Source: Octopus vulgaris
Lineage: Eukaryota
Direction: 5' to 3'
DNA: 64,000 nt
Assembly (NCBI GenBank): GCA_951406725.2
Contig: OX597823.1
Span: 47,492,001-47,556,000 of the forward strand
In this document: positions 24,819 to 36,714 of the stretch, one piece after another
How the letters are laid out: every line of letters begins with the position of its first letter
Numbering within the stretch: position 1 is the first letter of the stretch
The notes under the pieces: model-generated
Seen by the model: only the letters and a program-made list of their open reading frames with translations
Told to the model about the DNA's origin: nothing
Database searches by the model: none
Translations under genes and position numbers: made by a program

Positions 24819-25424
24819 CCCTTTAGCATTCAAACTGGCTATATTACTCTTTTACTTGTTTCAGTCATTTGACTGCGGCCATGCTGGAGCACCGCCTTTA
24901 ATCAAGCAAGTCAGCCCCGGAACTTATTCTTTTGTAAGCCCAGTACTTATTCTATCGGTCTCTTTTGCCGAACCGCTAAGTAACGGGGACATAAACACAC
25001 CAGCATCGGTTTTCAAGCAATGCTAGGGGGCCAAATACACACACAAACACACCCACGCATATATATATATATATATATATGACGGGCTTCTTTCAGTTTC
25101 CGTCTACCAAATCCACTCACAAGGCTTTGGTCGGCCCGAGGCTATAGTAGAAGACACTTGCCCAAGGTGCCACGCAGTGGGACTGAACCCGGAACCATGT
25201 GGTTGGTAAACAAGCTATTTACCACACAGCCACTCCTGCGCCAAAATATTTAAAACTATTTATCAAATCCAAACTTGCCAGATCCAGCTTCTCGCATCTA
25301 TCCTACAGTGTCATTCTAAAAATAATATTCACATTATCCAAGTCTCAAAGCTACAATGATTAATTCAAAATAATATGAATAAATAAGCATTACATTTTGA
25401 TAGAGTAATCTGAATGCTAAAGGA
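24819..25424 (+). mobile_element. piggyBac-type MITE family G1 with nested SINE A
   Basis: TTAA-CCCTTTAGCATTC...GAATGCTAAAGGA-TCAA. Confidence 0.8.
24845..25242 (-). mobile_element. SINE family A, full length and young
   Basis: Near-consensus sequence with CpGs retained. Confidence 0.93.
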
Positions 25425-27649
25425 TCAAGGCAATTAGGTGGTCAGAATCATCAAAGAATTACACAAAATGCTTTGTAAGGGTTTTGTTGCTATCTCGCTA
25501 TTGTTTAGTCCTGCAGTGGGTTGGGTTTTGTCTTTCATTCTTTGAGAATCAATAAAATAAATTACAGGTCAATTTGATCAATTAATACTGGTGTCTCTCA
25601 GGCATCTTCAAATGTAAGACAACTGAGAATTTCCAATAAACTTTCTTGTAGCTACCTGTGATTTAAGGAGCAATGAGGGTGCCAGTACCCACTTGCCACA
25701 GCATGTTTGTGAGGAAGAGTGAGCCCTATTATTTTTAACTTTGAAAGGCATAAATGATAGAGCGCTTCCATTATGAGACCGTCTGACATTGATCCAACAT
25801 ATGTTGACTGGAGGAAGGTAAAATAACTGTAAATTATATCTAGACTAGCAACTTTCAATAACTGTCTTGTGGCTATAGTTTGAACCGTGTAAACCCCTGT
25901 AAGATCTTTTGTAATTTTAACCTAAACAAAACCTTATGTTCTTCAGGAGAAAATTCAACATCATTGTGGAATCAAAATAACCTTTTCTGCTGTACTTCCT
26001 TTCCAGTAAACAGTAAACTGATTGACTAGCTAACATTATGTAAGACAAGGAAACATTTTGGTAGCTTATCTTTAGTTAAAGGAAAGCAAGGAAATAACCA
26101 AAAGTATTCATCCAGTAATCAGTATGTAATAGTGAATTCATTTACTCTGCAAGTTTAATATAAAGAAATGAGAATGAGGAAAGGACAAAGGAAAAGAGAA
26201 AATATTTGTTCTTTTCACTGTCATAACTCTTAATCAGCATTTTTCAGAACTTTAAGGTCCCCCGCCTTCATGAAATGTAACCCAGCCAAGAAATTAAGTC
26301 CAGATATGTTGGTTCTTACTTCCCATTCTATCTTTATGTTTTGGACCCACAGAATACAACCTAGTTATGCATTTTATTCTTCAAACTACATCACTGGACA
26401 CTTCTCTATTTCTAAATTACTTTTGATGGAAAGCATTCAGTGTTTACAGCTAATTACTGGACCCCACCCTTTACTTCACATTCTAGGAATGTCATGAACT
26501 TAACAGTTACTCTCTGAATTTCCAAATAAAAAAGCAGACTTGTAAATTCTATAAATTTCTTGGCAGTGTAAACTGTTTAAATTTTAGTTGTTTTACAAAA
26601 GATTTTTAAAACTTAATATCATAACATTTAGTTATTAATGTTAGTACATACTGAAGCTGGGGAACTTTACAAATTGATGGATGTTAATGGATATTTTATA
26701 TATTTTTTCAGTACATTTTTACAATCAATAGATAGTTCGATTTTTTTAAATTTCATTTCCACGTAGCTAGTTCCATTGGAAATAATGTCTTCACACTCAC
26801 GTTTTTTCCTCCTCTTTGCTATTAGACTGTCTTTTGTTCAGTTGCTTTTTATTCTTAGAAAATTCTAAAATATTCCACTACAAGTTTAAAACTGGACATG
26901 GACTAGATGTCAAATGTTCCCATTTCGCAATAAATTGATTTTTAGCTTTTTATCTTTCAAGCCAGAGTGGGTGGGGTCAGCATAATAATTAGCTGCAATT
27001 ATGTCGTAATAAATATATAAGTAACCTTCTATAATCAATAAAATATATACTAAGATGGGCTTGTAATTATACTCAATCTATGCTTGATAAAATAAGTAGA
27101 AAGCAAAGATTAAGTACCGGAGAGATACCATGTGATCTTACACATGTGCAGCTATTATAACTAAAGGACCAAGCACTACACATTATAATCTATATAAGTT
27201 TAAATAAACATTGGAGTGTTGACATAAAAAAATGCATTATTTAATAGATAGATAAAAGCAGTGAGAAGTTAATGTAAGGATGAAACCCACCCCCAAATCT
27301 CCTTGGGCTGTTCATGTGTTGGTTTCAAAACCTTGTTAATTTAGCTATACTGTAATATTTATTTAGTAGTATATATTTTGAGTATAGATAGAAGCATGGC
27401 TGAGTGGCAAGGGTGTTGCTTCTCAACCTTATGGTTCTATGTTCCGTCCACCTGCATGGCTCCTTGGGAATGTGTTTTCTGTTATAGCCCTGCACCAACC
27501 AAAGCTTTGTAAATGGGGTTTGATTTGGTTGATGGAAATTGAAAGAAGCCCATCATATATCATCATCATCATTTAGGCTCTGTTTAGCATGACACAGAAT
27601 GTGACAAGGCTGACCCTTTGAATTACAAGTACAACTCACTTTTGACAGC

Positions 27650-27752
27650 ATTTTTGTTTGTTTTAATAACTGACGAGATGCCGGAGAAGACTTCTGCCCT
27701 GACATCCAAAACTCTGAGTTTTATTATGGGCAACTGACTAATTGTCATATAT
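27650..27752 (+). mobile_element. Second copy of the 6846-6979 hammerhead element (GAAAC mutated to AAAAC)
   Basis: taataa-CTGACGA-gatgccgg...gacatcc-AAAAC-tctgag-tt^ttattat; aligns to the reverse complement of ~6860-6960. Confidence 0.7.
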
Positions 27753-27760
27753 TGTCATAT

Positions 27761-27804
<44 letters not shown>

Positions 27805-27976
27805 CACATATATATGCATATATAATATATATATGATTGTCTTGGACATTTTTAGGCTTGGCATCATCCAGCTTTCTCTGGATCTATAGGCATGCATACC
27901 CATAACATAATGCTTTCAAGTGTGCTTCTTTTTCGAATATATGAATTACTGAATGTGTGTGTGTGTGTGTGTGTGT

Positions 27977-28315
27977 GAAGACACTTGGCTCAGTGGTTAG
28001 AGCATCAGGCTTACAATCATGAGGTTGTGAGTTCACTTCTCAGACCAGGCTGTGTGTTGTGTTCTTGAGCTAGACACTTTATTTCATGTTACTGCAGTTC
28101 ATCCAGCTGTAGAAATGAGTTGTGATGCCACTGGTGCCAAGCTGTATCTGCTGTTGCCTTTCCCTTAGATAACATCAGTGGTGTGGAGAGGAGAGGCTGG
28201 TATCCATGGGTGACTGCTGGTCTTTCATAAATAACCTTGCCCAGGTTTATCTCTCAGAGGGTAACTTTCTAGGTGCAATCCCATGGTCTTTCATGACCGA
28301 AGGAGGTTTTTAACC
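27977..28315 (+). mobile_element. SINE family E (tRNA head, central domain, Ceph/RTE-like tail)
   Basis: tggctcagtggttagagc A box; matches the reverse copy at 37955-38285. Confidence 0.85.
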
Positions 28316-29742
28316 TTTTTTTTTATACGCACACACACACACACATATTTATTTGTTTATTTATATTTTTACCCTTGTACCAGTTTTATCCACCAATAGA
28401 GAAAAGAAAAATTTTGCTTAAACTCAAGTCGAAAACAAAGTTTTGATTTGTGATTAAGTTATCACATTCTCCATGCTGCCAGTTATTGTTCTGAGTTTTC
28501 AGCTTAGAAATTTTATTCATATTTGACCTTTTTTCCAGTTCATTTAAAATTCTTTGTAATTCAAGAAACTTGGAAAACAATTTTTGAAATGTTCCGTTTT
28601 TAAGAAATATTTTACATTGTCGCATTAACCAAATTCCCTATCAGTAATTTTGTTTTTATTTTTGTATTCGGTATGCCTGCATTCCTCTAGTATTTAATAG
28701 CCAATGTTTTACCTAGATTTCTTACTATTTATGTTACATATGAAATTCCTGTGAGTATTTTTTTTAATATCAAAATATCTTTTTTTTTTCTTACTGCATC
28801 TAAATTTATTTTCTTGAATATCTATTAAAAGAAACAAAAAAAAAACTACATACAGATCGTAGCATTTACTTGACTACATTTAAGGAACTTACATTTACTA
28901 AATTCATTTTACTAGTTTTAATTTTAATTTTTAATCTTCTCTGATCTTCTTGATTGCTAATCCCAACTTGAGCAGTTTGTGTGTTGTTTATTTTGTATTA
29001 AATCATATTCACATAAACTCCACCATCATCATTGTTCATTTGGTATAAGAATGTAATCTCATTAACCAGCTCAACTAGAGCATGTTGGTGTAAACATATT
29101 TGTTGAAATCATGCATTTTATGACCTATAGACATGTTTGTTGAGATATAAATGGACTTTGTGAAATGCCTTTTCAGAAATGGCGACAGTTATATTTTTGC
29201 TTACATCATGGAATATGCAACTGTGATATTGTTCCATTATGTATAAGATTGTTTATCAGCAGTTGGTGGCTGCTACTGCTTCTAGTTGTACTGCTACTAC
29301 TACTACCACCATTGCTACCACTAATACTACTGCTACTCCTACTGGAAGCTACTTTTTAAATCTTGTTCTTCATGAGTTACAGTGAAAGAAAGGATAAAGC
29401 GTATGTCTTTCAATGGCTTGAACTTAGCCATGATATTTTCAAGCAGTTTTGTTGCTTATGTCATACTGGGTACTGTAGTTGATTTCAGGTTTCAGATTTG
29501 GAAGAGTTAAAGAAACTTACAAAACTTCTGCTGCTATGAAAGAAGTCTGGATATTTTAATATTGGTTTCAAATTTTGGCACAAGGCTAGCAATTTAAAAA
29601 AATAAATTTCATGGTTGGTTTACAATTCCTATAATTTATCATTCATTTGGTATTTTTCTTCTAAAACATTCAGAAAGGTAGGGTTTGATGTGAGCCAACC
29701 TATCATTATTTATTATGTTGCTTGCTGAAGGGCTCTTGTTAA

Positions 29743-29962
29743 TCCTTTAGCATTTAAACCAGCCATATCTGGTCAAAGTATCCTGCCAGTTTTATGTTAA
29801 AACTGGCCAGATCTAGCTCCTCACACCAACCCTATAATATCATTCTAAGAATTAACAGTTACCTCATCAAAATCTCAAAGCTACAACATAATGCATGATT
29901 AATTCAAAACAATTTGAATAAAAAGGCATTAATTTTGGTAGAATAATGTGAATGATAAAGAG
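29743..29962 (+). mobile_element. piggyBac-type MITE family G1
   Basis: TTAA-TCCTTTAGCATT...AATGATAAAGAG-TTAG. Confidence 0.75.
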
Positions 29963-30042
29963 TTAGAGAATTCCAATTTTAACAAAAAAAAATATTGGAA
30001 TCAGAATGAGCAGTTGGTGAAATAATCATTGGTCCCTGGTTA

Positions 30043-30484
30043 AAAACCGGCCATATCCAGTGCAAATATTCCTCCTGGTTTATATTCAAACCAGTCAGAT
30101 CCAGCCTGCTCACATTTATGCTACAATGTCATTCCTAAAATAAACAATCACATCATCGAAATTTTGAAGCATTCAAAGATAATGCATGATTAATTCAAAA
30201 GAAGGTGATTAACCCTAAAAGTTTAGTCATTCAAGATTAATCCATCAACTGTAATGCTTACTTATCCCCATTATTTTGAATTAATTATGCATTATCTCAT
30301 AGCTTCAAGATTTTGATGATGTGATTGTTTATATTTAGAGTGACATTGCAGGGTAGGTGTGAGAGGCCAGATTTGACCAGTTTGAACATAAAAACATCAA
30401 TTATTTGGGCCGGATATGGCTTGTTTGAATGCTAGAGGGTTAAATAAGCTTTACACTTGACAGAATTATCAGAATCTTAAATGG
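30043..30484 (+). mobile_element. MITE G1 containing an inverted G1 copy (30213-30439) inserted at TTAA
   Basis: The inner element is TTAA-CCC...GGG-TTAA; the outer element resumes with ataagctttacacttgacag...tggttaa. Confidence 0.8.
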
Positions 30485-31434
30485 TTAAATAAGGTGGTGC
30501 TTTGGTGCTTTCCTGAAATCTTTGTGGAGCATCAGTGTTTGCTGTTGTTGTTGTTGTTGTTGTTGATTAACCCTGAGTTAGAAAACCCTGATTGAACCCT
30601 GAAATGCGTTTGGCTCTATGTGACGTTCCACATATGTAATGTATGGAGGACTATGTAATTCAATAACTGGGTGTGATAAGACAGTTAGATTTGAATGCTG
30701 TTGTTTTTTAAGCAGATCAATCAACCATGGAAAAGGTTTTCAGCCAGCCACATTTGGTTGACTGAAAAAAGTTTGTTTCCTGTGTTACATTATAATAGAA
30801 AATTTAAACAGAAAATATGTGGTTACCATAATTTTCACATATGATGATATTTGAAAATATATCATCATATGATGCTGATATATTTATTGCTGTCATCATC
30901 ATCATCATCATCATCATTGTCATCATCATCACCATCATCATTGTCATCATCATCACCATAGAAAACAACAACAACAATAAAAAAAAATGTGTAAGATACT
31001 AATGAAATTACTTGACCTAATGAATAACTTAACTCTGTACAGTCGGTACAAGGCAGAGAGTTCACGAAATATAATGGGAGTTCAATATTGTCTTGGAGAT
31101 GAAGTTTAAGCCAAGCAAGTAACTAGTCACTGTTTCTGCTATCTAATCACACCTAATCACTTCAGTACACAGATTAAACGGTTTCAATGGAGTTCCAAAG
31201 TCTGCAGAAACCTATAAAAGTCTATAGCTACTCAACAGACAACTGTACTTGGTAATCTTTTATCTTAACTCTTGTAATGAAATACTGCCAAAGTTTCTTA
31301 CTATCAACACTCATTTTAACCTGCTTTTTTTTCTTTTCTTTTTTTTTTTTTTTTACATGTCACTTAGCAAAAGCATGTGCTTCAAACAACACCCACTCCA
31401 TACCTACAGGTGATAGTGGTGGTGATGGTGGTTG

Positions 31435-31590
31435 TTCTTCCTCTTATTTTTTCCTCTTCTTCCTTTTGTTCTTGTTCTTCCTACTCTTGTTCTTGTTCTT
31501 CTTCTTGTTCTTCTTGTTCTTGTTCTTTTTCTTCCTACTCTTGTTCTTCTTCTTGTTGTTCTTCTTTTTCTTCTTCTTCCTCCTCCTCCC
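31435..31590. repeat. (TTC/TTG)n compound microsatellite
   Basis: Direct inspection. Confidence 0.95.
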
Positions 31591-31694
31591 CTTTCCCCAT
31601 GCTAGCTCAGATCAAGTAAACCAATGCTCAAAGACATTCCAGTCTGTGACTGTATATTATTTTCAAAAACTGGTGTGATTTCGTTTTTTTTTTC

Positions 31695-32150
31695 TTTTAT
31701 CTCTAATCACGGACTGTTGCCATGCTGGGGCACCACCTTGACGGCTTTAGTCAAACAGATCAACCCCAGTGCTTCTTTCCTTTTCTGCTAAGCCTAGTAC
31801 TTATTCTACAGGTTCACTTTTGCCAAACCACAAAGTCACAGAGACGTAAACTGACCAACGCCTGTTATCAAGTGGTAGTAAAGGAAAAACACACACACAC
31901 ACATGTAGAATGGATACAGGAGCCTGATGTGGCTCCTGTCAAACCGTCCAACCCATGCCAGCATGGAAAATGGACTTTAAATAATGATGATGCATACGAA
32001 GGGCTTCTTTCAGTTTCCATCTACCAAATCCACTCACAAGACTTTCGTCTGACCCGGGGCTACAGTAGATGACACTTGCCTAAGGTGCCATGCAGTGGGA
32101 CCGAACCCGGTACCATGTAGTTGGGGAGTAAGCTTCTTACCGCACAGCCA
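31695..32150 (-). mobile_element. SINE family A with a family C tail (~31905-31993, plus strand) inserted in its central microsatellite
   Basis: A tail and head flank ctgtcaaaccgtccaacccatgccagcatggaaaa. Confidence 0.75.
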
Positions 32151-33269
32151 TGACTTGAGAAATTTGTCTACTTGTGTCTAAGAGGTTGAAAATAGCGGCT
32201 CCTTGGTTAGCATGTGTGTGTTTGTGTTTAAACAACTTTGTGATTTAGCTGTGACTAATCAAACAATTGGGTCTGTAACACTATACAGTAGATATGAACG
32301 TAGATAAAGCTTGATACACACACGCTCTCTGTCTCTCTCTTTCTCTTATCATGCACACACATACACACACACACACTCTCATAAATACATGTTAAGACAG
32401 AGAGATTCTTTCTTTCCTTCTTCCTTGACATGTATTTGCATGTGAAAAAAAAAAGAAAGACTGAATGAATGAATGAAACTGAGACCGAGAAAATATTTCA
32501 TGTCAAAACTTACTTTCTCTTTTTTTCTTTCATTCACCTGATATCTGTGTATGTGTGTGTGTGTGTATTTACATGCATGTGTGTGTGTGCATATGTATTC
32601 AAACGCCTATTTGCATGTACAGAGTTAGAGATGGGAGATAGTTTTAAGCCTACACCATAACATACATTTGTGTCATAAAAATACTCTGTTGACTTAGTTC
32701 TGACATTGGCACTATCTGCATTCTTGTTCCCTTAAATGAATTCTTGTAGAATTCCTTGCAATAGTTAAGACCGAATCCGCCTTGAAGTAGAGTGAATTAA
32801 CTGGAATAGAATGAGAAGTTTGATCGCGCACATTATTACATGCCAACCATTCAAGATATAACATTGATTCTATCCAGGAACTGTTTAACTTGATTTAACC
32901 AAGGTCATTCAAGAATATGTACTGCGGCAGAGGCCTGGTGATGAGAGACAGACACTTATGTGTTTCTTTACTGTAAAACTCAATAATAATTTGCTGTTAA
33001 ATCATATTGATGTCCTTTATGATTTCAGCAATTATTTATTAGTTGCCTACAAGGTGAAATAAAATGCAAGTGTAACAGGTATTTCATCTGCAACTCCTCC
33101 TTGTGTATGAGTTGTTGTTGTGGGAGGGAGGGAGAGAGAGAGAGAGAGTAATCACTAGTATAGTTGCCAAGCAAGTAGGTTTGTTGTATATTTTCACTTC
33201 TCAAATTGTTGTTTCCAAAAGTATTAGGTGTCTTTGCATAACAATACTTACCTGTTGTATATCATCATC

Positions 33270-33720
33270 ATCGTCATCATCATTTAAAATCCCACTTCTT
33301 CATGCCTGCTTGGTTCAGACAGTGTTTTTCTCTGTGGGCAGATTTCCTAAGGCCAGAATCCCTGTCTCTGCGGCCATGCCAACCATCACCTGTTTCCAAG
33401 CAGCAAGGAAAAAAACTTCCCATAGAAGTGTCGAAATGAATGACAGGCGATGCTCGTTTACAACTGTCATGTAAGATCAGGATAAGGGTAGACACATACA
33501 TGCACGCACACGTACATGCATGCATATACACACACACACACATGCACAGATACATGTACGTGGAGGAGAGACTTCTTTCAGTTTCTGTCTATTAAGTCCA
33601 TTTAGAAGGTTTTGATTGGCCTGTGGCTAAAATAGAAGACACTTGACCAAGGTGACCACCTAGTGGGACAGAATGAATGTGAGGCCACATGATTAGGAAA
33701 CAAACTTCTTAACCACATCT
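33270..33720 (-). mobile_element. Family C2 tail followed by a SINE A head fragment
   Basis: (CAT)n...ccaaccatcacctgtttccaag; cttctttcagtttctgtct...gaagacacttgaccaagg. Confidence 0.6.
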
Positions 33721-33752
33721 GCACCAGTATATTTACATACATGTGTGTGTAC

Positions 33753-33796
<44 letters not shown>

Positions 33797-33864
33797 GTTG
33801 ACTTAGTCACTGTTTCTGCTGTCTAATATTTTCAAATATCATCATATGTGAAAATTATGATAAT

Positions 33865-33896
<32 letters not shown>

Positions 33897-33908
33897 CTAA
33901 AATAATAA

Positions 33909-33990
33909 TGCTGCAGGTAGGATTTGAACCTGCCTGGGTATAACCCATTGGATTTCAAGTTCAACACCTCAACCACTCAGCCATTACAGC
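33909..33990 (-). pseudogene. tRNA-Ser(UGA) pseudogene
   Basis: 82 nt: GCTGTAATGGCTGAGTGGTTGAGGTGTTGAACTTGAAATCCAATGGGTTATACCCAGGCAGGTTCAAATCCTACCTGCAGCA. Anticodon TGA and long variable arm; mismatches in acceptor, anticodon and T stems; no CpG left. Confidence 0.85.
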
Positions 33991-34049
33991 AGTTTATTTA
34001 TGTGTGTGTATACACATAGATTCTATTGCATTCCAGGGGGAAAAAACAA

Positions 34050-34225
34050 CTGCACTGGTATGGTCATGTGTTGTGTTAGGAAGGGTATCCAGCTGTAGAA
34101 ACCTTGCTAGAACAGTTTGAAGCCTGGTGCAGCTTTCCTGTCTTGCCAGTCCTCTGTCAAACCATCCAACCCATGCCAGCATGGAAAGCGGACATTAAAT
34201 GATGATGAGGATGATGATGATGATA
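34050..34225 (+). mobile_element. RTE family C 3' tail
   Basis: ttaggaagggtatccagctgtagaaacc...ccaacccatgccagcatggaaagcggacattaaatgatgat. Confidence 0.8.
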
Positions 34226-34261
34226 TATTGATATATATATATACACACACACAAATATATA

Positions 34262-34573
34262 TATAATAGTGTATAAAACATACACAGAGAGAAAACCACC
34301 ATGTGGATTTCTTACATGCTAAAAATGGCAGTCAAAGTGCAAACCACTGGAAAACATTCTTACATTAAAGCATGTTGCTTGTTTACGAGCAAGACATTTG
34401 AGTGAATAAAACTTTACAGAAATTTTTATTCATTCAAATGCCTTGCTCGCGAGCAAGCAATATCCTTTAATGTCAGAATGTTTTCTCATGGTTTGCACTT
34501 TGACTGCTGTTTTTAGCATGTAAGAAATCCAATTGGTGGTTTTCTCCCCATGTATATTTTATACACTATTATA
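34262..34573. repeat. Long inverted repeat (about 150-bp arms, about 12-nt loop)
   Basis: tataatagtgtataaaa...gaataaa pairs with tttattc...ttttatacactattata. Confidence 0.9.
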
Positions 34574-34661
34574 ATTAAAAATATTTATGTCTTCTGACTT
34601 TTATCAAGCATGCTAACCACTGGTATAAATTATTTAATAATTTTTACCCTTATATTTGTAA

Positions 34662-34708
<47 letters not shown>

Positions 34709-34712
<4 letters not shown>

Positions 34713-34806
34713 TCTAAGCATATGATCATTATAAGAATTAATTCATTAAATGGCGTTCAATAAATGTCATGAATTAATTCTTATAATGATCATTTGCTTA
34801 GATATA
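34709..34806. repeat. Inverted repeat, 38-bp arms with one mismatch
   Basis: tatatctaagcatatgatcattataagaattaattcat / atgaattaattcttataatgatcatttgcttagatata. Confidence 0.9.
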
Positions 34807-34984
34807 TTCATACGGATATGATAAGAAATTCATAAATAATGTATGATAAAAAGACATTCAAATCCTAGGAAATAATTCCTTTAGTGGAAGAAGTTAATTT
34901 TCATGCGGATAAATATAATATAATAAGCATACATATGTACATACATACATACATACACATATATGTGTGTGTGTATATATCTTG

Positions 34985-35328
34985 GCGCTCTGTTGGCTGC
35001 GACAATGAAGATTCCAGTTGATCTGGTCAACAGCACAGCCTGCTCGTGAAATTAACTTGCAAGTGGCTGAGCACTCCACAGACACGTGTACCCTTAACTT
35101 AGTTCTAGAGGAGATTCAGCGTGAGACAGAGTGTGACAAGGCTGGTCCTTTGAAATACAGGTACAACAGAAACAGGAAGCGAGAGTGAGAGAAAGATGTG
35201 GTGAAATATTACAGCAGGGTTTGCCAGCACCCCCTGCCAGAGCCTCATGGAGCTTTAGGCATTTTCACTCAAGAAGCATTCACAATAAACCGTGAGCCTG
35301 CTACCCTAACCACAGGGTCTTGCGCCTC
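34985..35328 (-). mobile_element. SINE family D, internally deleted
   Basis: Matches 17632-18020. Confidence 0.85.
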
Positions 35329-35382
35329 ATGTGTATATGTGTATATATGTACATATTGTGTGAGTGTATGTATGTATGTAAG

Positions 35383-35422
<40 letters not shown>

Positions 35423-35453
35423 CATATGGAAGATGGAATATACGTGAATTTAT

Positions 35454-35571
35454 TATTAATCACGACAATTGTTTCGAAACATCTAGCATTGATCCCTCAT
35501 GGGTGGAACACTTAACAACTGGTTCAGGAGCATCCAGTGGTGCAGATGTGTCTCATTGGAGGTGATAAATA
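35454..35571 (-). ncRNA. Degenerate hammerhead in an inverted PLE terminal repeat
   Basis: Minus strand: tatttatcac-ct-CCAATGA-GACACATCT...AGATGTTTC-GAAAC-AATT-GTC^GTGATTAATA; palindromic stem III ACAATTGT. Confidence 0.6.
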
Positions 35572-35874
35572 GATACAACTCATTAAAATAACAGTTCTGC
35601 AATGCATCTTCTCATTTCATAGAAAGCAAAGCAGCAAAATGAAGGACATATCTTCATTTACATAGAAGATCAAAAATAAAATCACAGATTCAAATAAGAA
35701 ACAAACATGTAATACAGCGAGAAAAGTATTAAAACTAACCATAAACACCCTCACGCAAGCTGCATTGCACATGTACACTCACTCATGCAACCATACACAC
35801 ACATGTGGTTTGGTGCACACCTGATCACAAAACGAGTTAAATAGCTACTTGGTGTATTTAAACCTAACAACTAA

Positions 35875-36042
35875 TATAGAAATCAGGATGTCCTCTGGTT
35901 CAACCCAATTTTCGGTTTGCATGTTTCAACCAAGATCACTGGAAAATTTTATGCTGCTTTGGACAAATGTTTTCCTAAATCTAATCGGTATCATGCTATT
36001 TTTAATCAGCACACCATGAAGGTATACTACGCTATGTTTTGT
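35875..36042 (+). mobile_element. Penelope-like element ORF fragment (linker between RT and GIY-YIG domains)
   Basis: Translates RNQDVLWFNPIFGLHVSTKITGKFYAALDKCFPKSNRYHAIFNQHTMKVYYAM, matching the remembered PLE motif WFNPP...V.T.IGK.F...DKHFP...H.IFN.NT.KVSYS. Confidence 0.75.
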
Positions 36043-36109
36043 TGAGACAAAATGCATCCAAAGACAGCAGGATATTATTTGAGGGAGACTTGGTCACTCT
36101 TTCTAGCAG

Positions 36110-36455
36110 ATACATAGTGGCTCCCTGCTGACGATGGCTCTGAACATTAATCAGTATACACTAAGGACGAGGATCTCTGAGCTGTGTGGGAACCTCCCAA
36201 TAGTTAGCTCAAAAATAACAGAGGAGACTGATGTTAGCTTGACATGCTTACCGTCATTCACAATTGATATTGCACCCAGTGCTCCTGTGGGATCCCCTAC
36301 ACAGACAAACTAGAAGAGGGAGACCAAGGATGACATATGTTGGTGCCCTAAGGGCATACATTGGTCTCTGGGAGACACAGGACATGGTAGTGATGATGAG
36401 GAGCAAAGACTGCTGGAGAGAACTCGTCCATGTATCTCGGGAATTTTACTCACCC

Positions 36456-36487
<32 letters not shown>

Positions 36488-36494
36488 CAGATAG
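36110..36494 (+). mobile_element. RTE/RTE-X-like LINE 3' end with (TAGA)n tail
   Basis: Frameshifted LLTMALNI...ELCGNLPIVSSKI...RHSQLILHPVLLWDP...RRGRPRMTY...WRELV, followed by (taga)n. Confidence 0.75.
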
Positions 36495-36678
36495 AGGCTC
36501 CTGCATTGGCTCATGGATATAAACAGCTGAATAGAGCAGTTTAATGTGTTTGTTTTTTCTTTCTTTCTCTTGTAAGAGCAATTGTTACTTCTTTGCATAT
36601 GAAATTTGTCTCTGAAAACTTAGTTCAGTTAATGCTCTAACACTACCTGATCTGGTACATAACTCTTCTCTTCTGTGT

Positions 36679-36714
<36 letters not shown>

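Noticed and set aside
32958-33053. Possible first exon MCFFTVKL...AYK|gtgaaa
   Set aside because: AT-rich low-information peptide, poor start context and weak donor
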